Source: Candidatus Nitrospira inopinata (lineage in GTDB: Bacteria > Nitrospirota > Nitrospiria > Nitrospirales > Nitrospiraceae). From it: DNA of 32,000 nt. The position numbers were made by a program, and so were the translations under genes. Of this stretch, positions 9,201-17,397 are shown piece by piece. The stretch covers positions 1,500,001 through 1,532,000 of the forward strand of contig NZ_LN885086.1 of assembly GCF_001458695.1 (NCBI RefSeq). The letters are read 5' to 3'. Within the stretch, counting starts at the first letter, position 1; each line of letters starts with the position of its first letter. The notes beneath the pieces are model-generated. The model saw only the letters and a list, made by a program, of their open reading frames with translations, had not been told where the DNA came from and made no database searches.

Positions 9201-9922
9201 GCGAAAGCGCGGCTCCGTCGTTGGCACGGGGTTCGGACGACGAGATCAAGGAGCAACTTCAGAAATTGCGCGAGCGATTGGATCGAATGGGCCCCATCAA
9301 TCTGGCGGCCATTCGTGAACACGAGGAGTTGGAGCAGCGGCACGCGTTTCTCTCAACCCAAGAAGAGGATCTCTCGAACTCGATCGGTTCGCTCAAGGCC
9401 ATTATTCAGCGGATCAACCGCACGACCAAAGATATGTTCGCCTCGACTTTCGAGGACTTGCAGCAAAAGTTCGGCGAAGTGTTCGGCCAGTTCTTCCCAG
9501 GAGGCCGGGCCGAACTTCGGCTCGTCGAGGAGCCGCCTTCGGAAGACGCCGGCGAGCCGGGGGATCAAGAGCCCGGCATCGATATCGTCGCGCAGCCGCC
9601 GGGGAAACGGCTCAAGAGCATCACGATGCTGTCGGGGGGAGAGAAAACTCTGACGGCGATGGCGCTGTTGTTCGCCAGCTTTCTGATCAGGCCGACGCCG
9701 TTTTGTCTTTTGGATGAAATCGACGCGCCGTTGGACGAGGAGAACATCGGCCGCTTTACCGCAGTGTTGCGGGATTTGTCGCAGAACGCTCAGTTCTTGG
9801 TCGTGACTCACAATAAACGAACGATGGCGATCGCCGACTCTCTCTTCGGGGTCACGATGGAAGAGCCGGGAGTCTCCAAGTTGGTGTCCGTACGATTGGC
9901 CGATCTTCAGCCGACCGCGTGA
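6233..9922 (+). CDS. smc: Chromosome partition protein SMC
   Basis: N-terminus MYLKSLDMLGFKSF...GPNGSGKSNVVDAI (Walker A); long coiled coils; a hinge region; LSGGEKTLTAMALLFA (signature motif); CLLDEIDAPLDE (Walker B). I chose the ATG at 6233 (RBS AAGGAAAAGAGG) rather than the track's 6137. Confidence 0.93.
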   Translation: MYLKSLDMLGFKSFVEGKIEFPEGVTAVVGPNGSGKSNVVDAILWVLGEQSTKTLRSEKMEDVIFNGTTLRKPLGMAEVSLTIGGLDRSSVKLEGSTGLPGQLTEFQELMITRRLYRNGESEYFINKTPCRLKDVRSLLLDTRAGSKGHTVIAQGQIDQILNASPRDRRELIEETAGIIRYKKQKAEALRKLDVTQQNLLRVRDVIAEVKKQLNSLERQARQARTYQALQQEARGLEVELLTREFRALRAGLAETETALASCDAKEASIAAEQARVAAELERIRLQAIATNEAIDRIRRAFSDVEHRQGQALTASEVARNRSQLFEQQRQQEAKELDDLAQVEKDLEASREAIEASLSEIGRELKDREAACAELDREVTRLVGQRETAAVEKDRGHQELLRLAVQVANAEQALAQLALRLDEAAKRETLLGSDLADALAQRAAVNVQRESLRLEQGEAGKLVESLREHQELTRRTAAQVAEELRALDEVILRRSEEAAAVDSRLNALQGLVREEMGYGRQGSDEATALKSCGGVGDALAEWLTVPSGLDRAVEAFLGERVHGWVVDEPAVATRAVEFLQEKSLGRGTFIPKQPRWGRAGGRVEEWWTAMAGQPGVLGRAVDLIQTEGDLLAARDSLFDRVVFVESLHDALRFWEQRMWSDQRGPILVTRAGEIVDASGIISGGQAREDRGLLERRREVVDLQRERMVIATALERDKQRRLELQVKAEELSAQMKRVTDDLRGAEMRELALRKDDEASNQVSADLDLKVKHIEADISRNKAAGERYAEEKRAIETQLQQWMIEKADREITLAHMQDRLVEIDGQGRALQERLTEARLLLEGLRAKQEHEQADRARVTQQQTEMNRRRQSLTQHLQELARAIQDSREEQARQEAVFRELSASAAQLSADLASAQERQAQELSVRQTLESGAEEIRRELAAVREARMGVKVRRAQLQTQLNMVESTLSGTYQLEPRTLADGQPTSGDPVAEESESAAPSLARGSDDEIKEQLQKLRERLDRMGPINLAAIREHEELEQRHAFLSTQEEDLSNSIGSLKAIIQRINRTTKDMFASTFEDLQQKFGEVFGQFFPGGRAELRLVEEPPSEDAGEPGDQEPGIDIVAQPPGKRLKSITMLSGGEKTLTAMALLFASFLIRPTPFCLLDEIDAPLDEENIGRFTAVLRDLSQNAQFLVVTHNKRTMAIADSLFGVTMEEPGVSKLVSVRLADLQPTA

Positions 9923-9963
9923 CTGAAAAGGCCAAGCAGACAAAGGGCTTTTCGTGCGGTCGC

Positions 9964-9992
9964 TTGACTCCAACAAGGCCGTTTGTTATAAG
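9964..9992 (+). promoter_or_regulatory. Putative sigma70-type promoter for shc
   Basis: TTGACT (9964-9969), a 17-nt spacer, then TATAAG (9987-9992), in the smc-shc intergenic region. Confidence 0.4.
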
Positions 9993-10118
9993 CCCCCAGG
10001 CGGTCCAGGGCTCATTATTAAAGTGCAGCCGTGAGGGAAGAGATCGTTTGCACAAGATTTCTGTGTCTTGGGAAAAAAAGAGCGGGTCTCGTCCTGCTTC
10101 TCGCGCCGGAAAGATCGT

Positions 10119-12293
10119 ATGAACCTCATTCGCTCGCTTATCAGTCGTCTCTCTGAAGGTCTGCTTTCGACGAGTCCGGGGAAGCTCAGCCATGCCATGG
10201 AGCCTTCGCCATCGCCGTCGCTGCGGCTCGTTTCCGAGAAGATGACGGGGTTGCCGTCGCTGGAGCCGGCGACTCGGCGTGCAACCGGCCATGCTCACAA
10301 CCAGCCTGATGCGATCGACGACGCCATCCGGCGAAGCCAGACGTGGTTCCTGAATCGCCAGCATGCGGAAGGATACTGGGTGGCGGAGCTTGAGGCGGAC
10401 ACTACGTTGACGTCCGAATACATCATGCTCCGCCGATTCCTTGATCGCGTGGACCCCGATCGTGAAGAGAAGGCCGTGCGGTACTTGAAGGCCACGCAAT
10501 TGCCAGACGGCGGCTGGCCGATCTATTACGGCGGACCGTCCGAAATCAGCGCGTCCGTCAAGGCGTACTTCGCCCTCAAATTGACCGGCGTTTCGGCGGA
10601 AGAGCCGTTTATGGTTCGAGCCAAGGAACGCATTCTGGCCATGGGCGGCGTGGTGCATGCCAACGTCTTCACCAAGATCGCCTTGGCGCTGTTCGATCAA
10701 TATGATTGGGAAGGCGTGCCGCACATGCCCGTCGAAATCATGTTGCTGCCGAAGAAGTTCTACTTCAACGTCTACGCCATCTCGTATTGGTCGAGGGCCG
10801 TCCTGATTCCATTGCTCATCGTGTTTGCGTACCGTCCGGTGTGCCGGATTTCGCATGAGCAGGGTATCGATGAACTGTATCCTGTCCCCCGCCGGACGAT
10901 TCGCTATTGGAAATACCCGCCGTTCAATAAAGATCAGGATTGGTTTACGCCGCACAATTTCTTCGTGGCGCTTGATGCGTTGCTGAAGGTCTATGATCGG
11001 ATGCCTCTGCGGGCGTTGCGTAGAAAAGCTTTGAAAAGGGCCGCCGACTGGATGCTCGAGCACATGAAGGGAACCGGAGGGCTTGGCGCCATTTATCCGG
11101 CCATGGCCAACTCCATCATGGCGTTACAGTGCATGGGCTACGACGCGGACGACCCCCTCGTCGTCAAGGCGTTGCGCGAGATCGAGGAATTGGAAGTGTA
11201 CGATTCGGTGGAGTTGGATGGCCGGTCTGTGCCCGCCCTCCATCTGCAGCCCTGCTTTTCTCCGATTTGGGATACGGCGTTGCTCATCAATGCCATGATC
11301 GAGTCCGGCATGCCGCAGGACCATCCCGCTTTGCAGAAAGCCGCGGCGTATCTAATGTCTAGGCAGGCCAAGAAGGAAGGAGACTGGATCGTCTCCTCCC
11401 CCTCGGCCGAACCAGGCGGATGGTACTTCCAGTTTGAGAACGAGCTGTATCCGGACGTCGACGATTCCGCCGTCGTGCTCATGGGCCTCGCGAAATTGAA
11501 GATGGCTCAAGCCGCCGAGCAGCGGGAGTCGATCCGCCGCGGCATGAAGTGGGTCCTGGCCATGCAAGGGTCGGACGGAGGATGGGGAGCGTACGATAAG
11601 GATAACAATCGCGTCGTTTTCAACTACATTCCATTTGCGGACCACCGCGCGCTGCTGGATCCCAGTACATCGGACTTGACCGGACGATGTCTGGAGATGC
11701 TGGGGACGTTGGGGTACGATCGGACGCATCCCGCCGTCGGGCCGGCCTTGGCGTTTTTAAAGAAGGAGCAGGAACAGGACGGCAGTTGGTATGGACGGTG
11801 GGGCGTCAACTACATTTATGGAACGTGGTCCGTCCTGGCGGGCCTTCGCGCCATGGGGGAAGATCCGTCGTCTCCGTACATCCGCCGGGCCGTCTCATGG
11901 TTGGAATCGAAACAAAACCCGGACGGCGGATGGGGCGAGTCCTGCCTGTCGTATGCGGATCCCGCCTTCAGCGGCAAAGGGGAGAGCACGCCGTCGCAGA
12001 CGGCCTGGGCCTTGATGGGATTGATGTCCGCCGGCGTGGTGGATTCGTTCAGCGTCGCGCGCGGGGTGCAATTTCTCCTGCGCCATCAAATGAAGGACGG
12101 GTCATGGGAAGAGGTTCGCCATACCGGTACGGGATTCCCGCGCGTGTTCTACCTCCGTTATCATTGGTACTGCCAGTATTTCCCGTTGTGGGCGCTCGCG
12201 ATGTACCGGAACCTCCGGGCTCGAGGGAAAACCCGGGCGGACGAATTGCGCCTGCATGTCCAGGCCGCCGGGTCGCACCGGACTGAGCATTGA
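10119..12293 (+). CDS. shc: Squalene-hopene cyclase
   Basis: Catalytic motif YPDVDDSAV (DxDD(T/S)A). Repeated QW-type motifs (Q..DGGWG, QEQDGSWYGRWG, QNPDGGWGE, QMKDGSWEE). Length is about 720 aa. The start is uncertain: first ATG at 10119, alternatives at TTG 10068 and ATG 10197. Confidence 0.93.
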   Translation: MNLIRSLISRLSEGLLSTSPGKLSHAMEPSPSPSLRLVSEKMTGLPSLEPATRRATGHAHNQPDAIDDAIRRSQTWFLNRQHAEGYWVAELEADTTLTSEYIMLRRFLDRVDPDREEKAVRYLKATQLPDGGWPIYYGGPSEISASVKAYFALKLTGVSAEEPFMVRAKERILAMGGVVHANVFTKIALALFDQYDWEGVPHMPVEIMLLPKKFYFNVYAISYWSRAVLIPLLIVFAYRPVCRISHEQGIDELYPVPRRTIRYWKYPPFNKDQDWFTPHNFFVALDALLKVYDRMPLRALRRKALKRAADWMLEHMKGTGGLGAIYPAMANSIMALQCMGYDADDPLVVKALREIEELEVYDSVELDGRSVPALHLQPCFSPIWDTALLINAMIESGMPQDHPALQKAAAYLMSRQAKKEGDWIVSSPSAEPGGWYFQFENELYPDVDDSAVVLMGLAKLKMAQAAEQRESIRRGMKWVLAMQGSDGGWGAYDKDNNRVVFNYIPFADHRALLDPSTSDLTGRCLEMLGTLGYDRTHPAVGPALAFLKKEQEQDGSWYGRWGVNYIYGTWSVLAGLRAMGEDPSSPYIRRAVSWLESKQNPDGGWGESCLSYADPAFSGKGESTPSQTAWALMGLMSAGVVDSFSVARGVQFLLRHQMKDGSWEEVRHTGTGFPRVFYLRYHWYCQYFPLWALAMYRNLRARGKTRADELRLHVQAAGSHRTEH

Positions 12294-13126
12294 CCGCCGA
12301 AGATTCCGCCTCTCCGATCGATTCCTTTCCTCTTCCCGGCATGACGCCGATCAAGCGGGTTGCGCTGTTCGCTGCGACTTCATGGGAGATAGAGGCCGTC
12401 CGCGCCGCGTTCGGAACGGAAACTCGGCAGGATGTCGCTCGGCAGGATGTCGATGGGACGGCGGTCCTGGTGTGCAAGGGAGGCACCCGCGAATATTGGT
12501 TGACCAAAACCGGTATCGGGCCGGAGAAGGCCAGCCGGGCCGCCCGGAAGCTGCTGATGCGCCAACCCTTCACCCTGGCAGTTTCAACGGGGTTTGCCTG
12601 CGCCCTTGTCCCAACGGAGATCGGGGCGTTGCTGCTTGGCCGCGAGGTGATTGCCATAGAGAAAGGAGACGCCGGTCGGCTCTCGGTGATGGAGATACCG
12701 GAGGACGAAGGAGACATGATGATTCGGTTCGCCCAGGTGAGCGGGCAAGCCAACCATGTCGGTCGCTTCGTCTCCACTGACCGTATTGTCGGCAGCGCGA
12801 CGGACAAACGATATTTTGCCCGCCTCACCGGTGCGGTCGGTCTGGATATGGAGAGTGCGGCATTAGCGGAGGAGGCACGGCGTGCCCGAGTGCCGTTCGT
12901 CATCGTCCGCACGGTTTCGGACCTCTTGGATGAAGATCTTTCTCTGGATTTCAACCTGTTTCTCCAACCCGCCGGTTGGTTGAAAGGCATGGCCTCGGTG
13001 GCGGGGCATCCCTCCCGATTGGCGGGTCTGTGGCGGCTTCGTCGGCAGAGCCGGACGGCGGCCGGCAATCTGACCGCGTTTTTCAGGCGCTATGTCGGTA
13101 CGGTTGCCGGGCGATTTGAAGCCTGA
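12290..13126 (+). CDS. hpnG: Hopanoid-associated phosphorylase (HpnG, PNP/UDP nucleoside phosphorylase family)
   Basis: GLDMESAALAEEARRARVPFVIVRTVSD and ...VSTGFACAL are PNP_UDP_1 signatures. It sits immediately after shc. The TTG start at 12290 overlaps the shc stop (TTGA); an alternative ATG is at 12341. Confidence 0.8.
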   Translation: MTAEDSASPIDSFPLPGMTPIKRVALFAATSWEIEAVRAAFGTETRQDVARQDVDGTAVLVCKGGTREYWLTKTGIGPEKASRAARKLLMRQPFTLAVSTGFACALVPTEIGALLLGREVIAIEKGDAGRLSVMEIPEDEGDMMIRFAQVSGQANHVGRFVSTDRIVGSATDKRYFARLTGAVGLDMESAALAEEARRARVPFVIVRTVSDLLDEDLSLDFNLFLQPAGWLKGMASVAGHPSRLAGLWRLRRQSRTAAGNLTAFFRRYVGTVAGRFEA

Positions 13127-13142
13127 CGGCTCACGATACTCT

Positions 13143-13913
13143 ATGATCACGATGCTGGAACGGCTCGGACGCTGGACGATGAACGTGGTCGGTGAGATGG
13201 GCCGGATGCTGATCTTCGTGGTTTCGTCCGTTGCCTGGCTGTTTCGCCCCCCGTTCCGGATCGTTCAGATCGTCAAACAACTGCATTTCATCGGATACAA
13301 GTCGACGTTCGTCGTCGTATTGACGGCCGCCTTTACGGGCATGGTGCTGGCTCTTCAAGGGTACTACACGCTTCGGAAATTCGGGTCCGAAGGGCTGCTG
13401 GGTTCGGCGGTGGCGCTCAGCATGATTCGGGAGCTGGGGCCCGTGCTGGCGGCGCTGATGGTGACGGCTCGAGCCGGCTCGGCGATGACGGCGGAAATCG
13501 GCATCATGCGGATTACGGAGCAAATCGACGCGCTCGACACCATGGCGGTCAATCCGCTTCAGTACTTGATCGCGCCGAAGCTTGTCGCCGGCTTGATCGG
13601 CGTCCCGTTGCTGGTGGCGATTTTCGACGTCGTCGGCATTTACGGCGGCCATTTGGTCGGTGTGGAGTTGTTGGGTGTCAATGCCGGGTCCTATTGGAAT
13701 TCCATCGCGTCGTCGGTCGAATGGAAAGACGTGTACGGGGGCATTCTCAAATCCATCAGCTTCGGATTGATCGTCAGTTGGGTCTGCACGTACAAGGGGT
13801 TTTACACCAGGATGAGCGCGGAAGGGTTGGGCACGGCCACGACGGAGGCGGTGGTGTTGTCCTCGGTTCTGATTCTCGTGTGGGATTATTTCTTGACGTC
13901 GGTGCTGTTGTAA
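13143..13913 (+). CDS. mlaE: MlaE-type ABC transporter permease
   Basis: Typical MlaE/Ttg2B sequence (FIGYKSTFVVVLTAAFTGMVLALQGY..., IRELGPVLAALMVTARAGSAMTAEIGIMRITEQIDAL). I moved the start to ATG 13143, downstream of the hpnG stop. Confidence 0.88.
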   Translation: MITMLERLGRWTMNVVGEMGRMLIFVVSSVAWLFRPPFRIVQIVKQLHFIGYKSTFVVVLTAAFTGMVLALQGYYTLRKFGSEGLLGSAVALSMIRELGPVLAALMVTARAGSAMTAEIGIMRITEQIDALDTMAVNPLQYLIAPKLVAGLIGVPLLVAIFDVVGIYGGHLVGVELLGVNAGSYWNSIASSVEWKDVYGGILKSISFGLIVSWVCTYKGFYTRMSAEGLGTATTEAVVLSSVLILVWDYFLTSVLL

Positions 13914-13962
13914 GCGCGGTCGGTCGTCCGGTTGAAGGCCGCAAGTTCTCGTAAGTGATCCC

Positions 13963-14757
13963 TTGATGCGAAGGCCGCAGGCCTCGAACCCCTGGAAGAT
14001 GATCAAACTGGTCGGCGTGACGAAAACCTTGGGCGGGCATCCGGTGCTGCGGGGGGTGGACCTTGTCATTCCGCCGCGGAAGCTGACGACCATCATCGGC
14101 CGCAGCGGAGAAGGCAAGAGCGTGCTGCTCAAACACATGATCGGACTGATGCAACCCGACTCGGGAGAAGTGTGGGTCGATGGGATGGAAATCTCGCGAT
14201 TGCGGGGCCGCGCGCTCAATGACGTCCGCAAGCGATTTGCGATGCTGTTTCAGGGCGCGGCGTTGTTCGACTCGCTGACGGTGTTCGAGAACGTGGCGTT
14301 TCCGTTGCGTGAACGACTTCGCATGAAAGGACCGGAGGTCGCCGGCCGCGTCGAAGAGAAACTGGAGCAGGTCGGTCTGGCCGGGATGGGACATAAATTC
14401 CCCGCCGAGCTGAGCGGGGGCATGCGCAAACGGGCGGGTTTGGCGCGGGCGCTGGTTATGCAGCCGGAGATCATTCTCTTTGATGAGCCGACGACCGGCC
14501 TTGACCCGCTGATGGCCAAGTCGATCCATGATCTCATTACCGGCATGCAGCGCAAATTCGGGTTCACCGCCGTGATGGTCAGCCATGAAATTCCCGAAAT
14601 TTTCGGCATTTCCGACTATGTCGCCATGTTGAAGGGCGGACGCATTGCACTGATGGCGGAACCCCTGGAATTCCAGCGGACGGAAGATCCGGACATTCGG
14701 GAATTCATCTCGGTCGGAGGGACCGTCTCGTTGGGCGCGGTCGCTCCGGGCGGATAA
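13963..14757 (+). CDS. mlaF: MlaF-type ABC transporter ATP-binding protein
   Basis: Walker A GRSGEGKS; signature LSGGMRKRAGLARAL; Walker B IILFDEPTTGLDP. The start is uncertain (TTG 13963, ATG 13966 or ATG 13999). Confidence 0.88.
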   Translation: MMRRPQASNPWKMIKLVGVTKTLGGHPVLRGVDLVIPPRKLTTIIGRSGEGKSVLLKHMIGLMQPDSGEVWVDGMEISRLRGRALNDVRKRFAMLFQGAALFDSLTVFENVAFPLRERLRMKGPEVAGRVEEKLEQVGLAGMGHKFPAELSGGMRKRAGLARALVMQPEIILFDEPTTGLDPLMAKSIHDLITGMQRKFGFTAVMVSHEIPEIFGISDYVAMLKGGRIALMAEPLEFQRTEDPDIREFISVGGTVSLGAVAPGG

Positions 14758-14770
14758 GAGGGAGTACGGC

Positions 14771-15214
14771 ATGGAGAAAAGCAGGCTGGAATTGACCGTC
14801 GGGGTGTTCGTGTTGATCGGGATCGTCTGTTTAGGCTATCTCTCGATCAAGCTCGGCAAGCTGGAATTGGTCGGTGGCGATCTGTACGAGGTGGACGCGC
14901 CGTTTAACTCGGCGTCCGGTCTCAAGCCCGGCGCGGCCGTGGAAATCGCCGGCGTCGAGGTGGGGCGGGTCAAATCGATCGTGCTGAAGGACGATCAGGC
15001 CGTTGTCCGGTTGGCGGTGCACAACAACGTCAAGCTCTACACCGACACCTTCGCGTCGATTAAGACCAGGGGCATCATCGGGGAGAAGTTCGTGTCGTTG
15101 TCGCCCGGCGGAGGAGGCGAGCCGTTGCAAGCGGGCGGCATAATCCGCGATACTGAGTCCGGGTTGGACTTGGAGGAGTTGGTCAGCCAATACGTGCACG
15201 GAAAAGTGAAGTAA
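14771..15214 (+). CDS. mlaD: MlaD-type MCE-domain substrate-binding protein (N-terminal TM anchor)
   Basis: TM segment LTVGVFVLIGIVCLGYLSIKLG followed by an MCE domain (GLKPGAAVEIAGVEVGRV...). GAGGGAG is the RBS upstream. Confidence 0.85.
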   Translation: MEKSRLELTVGVFVLIGIVCLGYLSIKLGKLELVGGDLYEVDAPFNSASGLKPGAAVEIAGVEVGRVKSIVLKDDQAVVRLAVHNNVKLYTDTFASIKTRGIIGEKFVSLSPGGGGEPLQAGGIIRDTESGLDLEELVSQYVHGKVK

Positions 15215-15266
15215 GCAAGTCGATTCTCACGTAGGCCGCGAACGATCTTTATCAGGGGGAAAGAGC

Positions 15267-15926
15267 ATGGCGATATTTCTTCGAGGAGAAGTGAACCGGC
15301 CGGCTCGCGCGTTCCTGAGACGGCGCATGGTGGCGCGGGTCCTCGGTTTTGCCGTCGCTGTCGCGTCGTTGTCTCCGGTTGTCGGGCACGCGGGGGCCCC
15401 GACGGAAGCAATGAGAACGACGATCGACGAAGTGTTGCGCATTCTCCGTCAGGATGAGCTCAAACAGCCGGGGAGAGCGGAGGAACGCCGACAGATGCTG
15501 GAACGAGTCGTAGAGGCCCGCTTCGATTATCAAGAGATGTCGAAGCGCGCGCTCGGCGCCCCCTGGAACACCTTGTCGGACGAAGAGAAACGGGAGTTCG
15601 TAACGCTGTTTCGCACGCTGCTGACGAATTCGTATGCCGACAAGATCGAAACCTATTCCGGCGAAGGCGTTCAATATTTGAACGAACGGACCGAAAAGGA
15701 ATACGCGGAAGTCAGGACGAAGGTGCTGTCGGATAAAACGGAAATCCCTCTTGATTATCGGTTGATTCAAAAATCGAATGACTGGCGCGTGTACGACGTC
15801 GTGATCGACGGGGTCAGCCTGGTGAATAACTACCGGGGGCAATTTGCCAAGATCATCAAGGCGTCTTCCTATGCCGATCTTGTCGAACAACTCCGCAAAA
15901 AGTCCGAAAAGATCAAGTCTCCATAG
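15267..15926 (+). CDS. MlaC/Ttg2D-family periplasmic lipid-binding protein (HpnM-like)
   Basis: Signal-like N-terminus, then RFDYQEMSKRALGAPWNTLSDEEKREFVTLFRTLLTNSYADKI...DWRVYDVVIDGVSLVNNYRGQF, the Tgt2/MlaC signature. As I recall, the TIGRFAM HpnM (hopanoid-associated) model belongs to this family. Confidence 0.8.
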   Translation: MAIFLRGEVNRPARAFLRRRMVARVLGFAVAVASLSPVVGHAGAPTEAMRTTIDEVLRILRQDELKQPGRAEERRQMLERVVEARFDYQEMSKRALGAPWNTLSDEEKREFVTLFRTLLTNSYADKIETYSGEGVQYLNERTEKEYAEVRTKVLSDKTEIPLDYRLIQKSNDWRVYDVVIDGVSLVNNYRGQFAKIIKASSYADLVEQLRKKSEKIKSP

Positions 15927-15962
15927 CCGTCGTATCGTCGCTTCGAAGGTACGAGACCGTTC

Positions 15963-17165
15963 GTGCATCGTCTTGCTCCCATACTGGTACTTGCGCTTGT
16001 GCTCATCGGACCGTGCGGATCTTTTTTCGCGGACTTCGCTCGCGCGGACGTCCAGTACTTTCCCATTCCCGCCATCAGTTCCACCAAGAACGACGGCAAC
16101 GATTACGGCATGATCGTGCCCGCCCTGATCACCGGTCCAGACGGCGAGCTGAAACATCTGATTGCGCCGATGGTGATCTACAACAGTATCGTCGGCGTCC
16201 GAGGGACCTTGAACCTGTTTCATTATCAGCCGGGCGGAAAGGAGCTCAGAGGCATCGCGTCTTGGTCGGAAAAGATCGAGCGGCGGTTCCTTTTAAGCTA
16301 CGTCGATCCCGGCTTCAGCAACGGTCGCTACAGTATCGGGGTCAGCGCCGCCCACTTTAAGAACGCGACGGTGCGGTTCTTCGGTCTGGGTCCGACGACG
16401 CCGCTCCACGACGAAACCAACTATACGGCGTCGGAAACCAGAATCAACTGGAAGTTCGGCATCTATGCGAATGAGGTGACGCAGATCGCCGTCAGTCAGC
16501 GGTTTCGCCACATGGACGCCATTGATCCCGGAGCCACCGTGTTGCCCTTTACCGGGAATCGATTTCCGACGGTTTCCGGGGTGGGGGGAGCCACGATTCT
16601 GGGCGAACGGATTTCGTTTCACTACGATACCCGCAATAACCTCGTCACACCGACCGATGGGATGGCGGTGACGGCCTATGCGGAAATCAACCATAATTTT
16701 CACCCCGGCGCGCAGCCGCTCTATTCCCGCTACGGAATCGAGGTCAAAAAAATGTTTGCGAGCGAATCCAAGCGCGCCATCTTGGTCATTCGTGGCGATC
16801 TCCAGGCGACGATCGGGACGGACGTGCCGTTTTATGAATTGAGTTCGTTGGGGGGGCAGAACAATCTGCGCGGATATGGGGTGGATCGGTATATCGACAA
16901 GCAACTCATCGCCCTAAGCGTTGAGGAACGAATCCACATCCTTCGCACCCGTCTGGCCGGAGTGATGGCGGATTTCGAGATCGCCCCCTTCGTCGATACG
17001 GGGCAAGTGTTCAGCTCGTTTAAGGACGTCAGTTTCAAGGACTACCGTATCACGCCCGGGATCGGGTTTCGGGGGATCATTCGGCCCAACGTTGTGGGGC
17101 GAATCGATTATGGATTCAGCAAGGAAGGGGGCGCTATTTTTGCCGGGCTCGATTTCCCCTATTAG
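15963..17165 (+). CDS. Omp85/'bacterial surface antigen'-family outer-membrane beta-barrel lacking an obvious POTRA region
   Basis: GTG start. Signal peptide MHRLAPILVLALVLIGPCGSFFADFARA. Barrel motif FYELSSLGGQNNLRGYGVDRY. Aromatic C-terminus ...AGLDFPY*. It starts 36 nt after the mlaC-like gene. Confidence 0.7.
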   Translation: MHRLAPILVLALVLIGPCGSFFADFARADVQYFPIPAISSTKNDGNDYGMIVPALITGPDGELKHLIAPMVIYNSIVGVRGTLNLFHYQPGGKELRGIASWSEKIERRFLLSYVDPGFSNGRYSIGVSAAHFKNATVRFFGLGPTTPLHDETNYTASETRINWKFGIYANEVTQIAVSQRFRHMDAIDPGATVLPFTGNRFPTVSGVGGATILGERISFHYDTRNNLVTPTDGMAVTAYAEINHNFHPGAQPLYSRYGIEVKKMFASESKRAILVIRGDLQATIGTDVPFYELSSLGGQNNLRGYGVDRYIDKQLIALSVEERIHILRTRLAGVMADFEIAPFVDTGQVFSSFKDVSFKDYRITPGIGFRGIIRPNVVGRIDYGFSKEGGAIFAGLDFPY

Positions 17166-17264
17166 CGGGCATGAGTCATGGAAGCGGCGATGGCGAGGAA
17201 GCAGCCGATATCAGCTCTCAGTCGTTCCCGGTCCGAGTTCCCGGAGCTTACCTGGTCTAAAGAC

Positions 17265-17293
17265 TTGACACGATAGAAGTCTTGTGTGAGACT
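17265..17293 (+). promoter_or_regulatory. Putative extended -10 sigma70 promoter for dxs, overlapped by a 7-bp inverted repeat
   Basis: TTGACA (17265-17270), a 17-nt spacer ending in TGT, then GAGACT (17288-17293). The inverted repeat AAGACTT (17260-17266) / AAGTCTT (17277-17283) spans the -35 element. Confidence 0.3.
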
Positions 17294-17397
17294 CACCCGC
17301 TAATGCACGTCACGTCGCCCGGCTACTTGACCGTCGCCTCCCGAACGTCCGGTTTCGTACGCGGTTGAGCGGATAGATGCAAAAAGGAGAGCACGCC

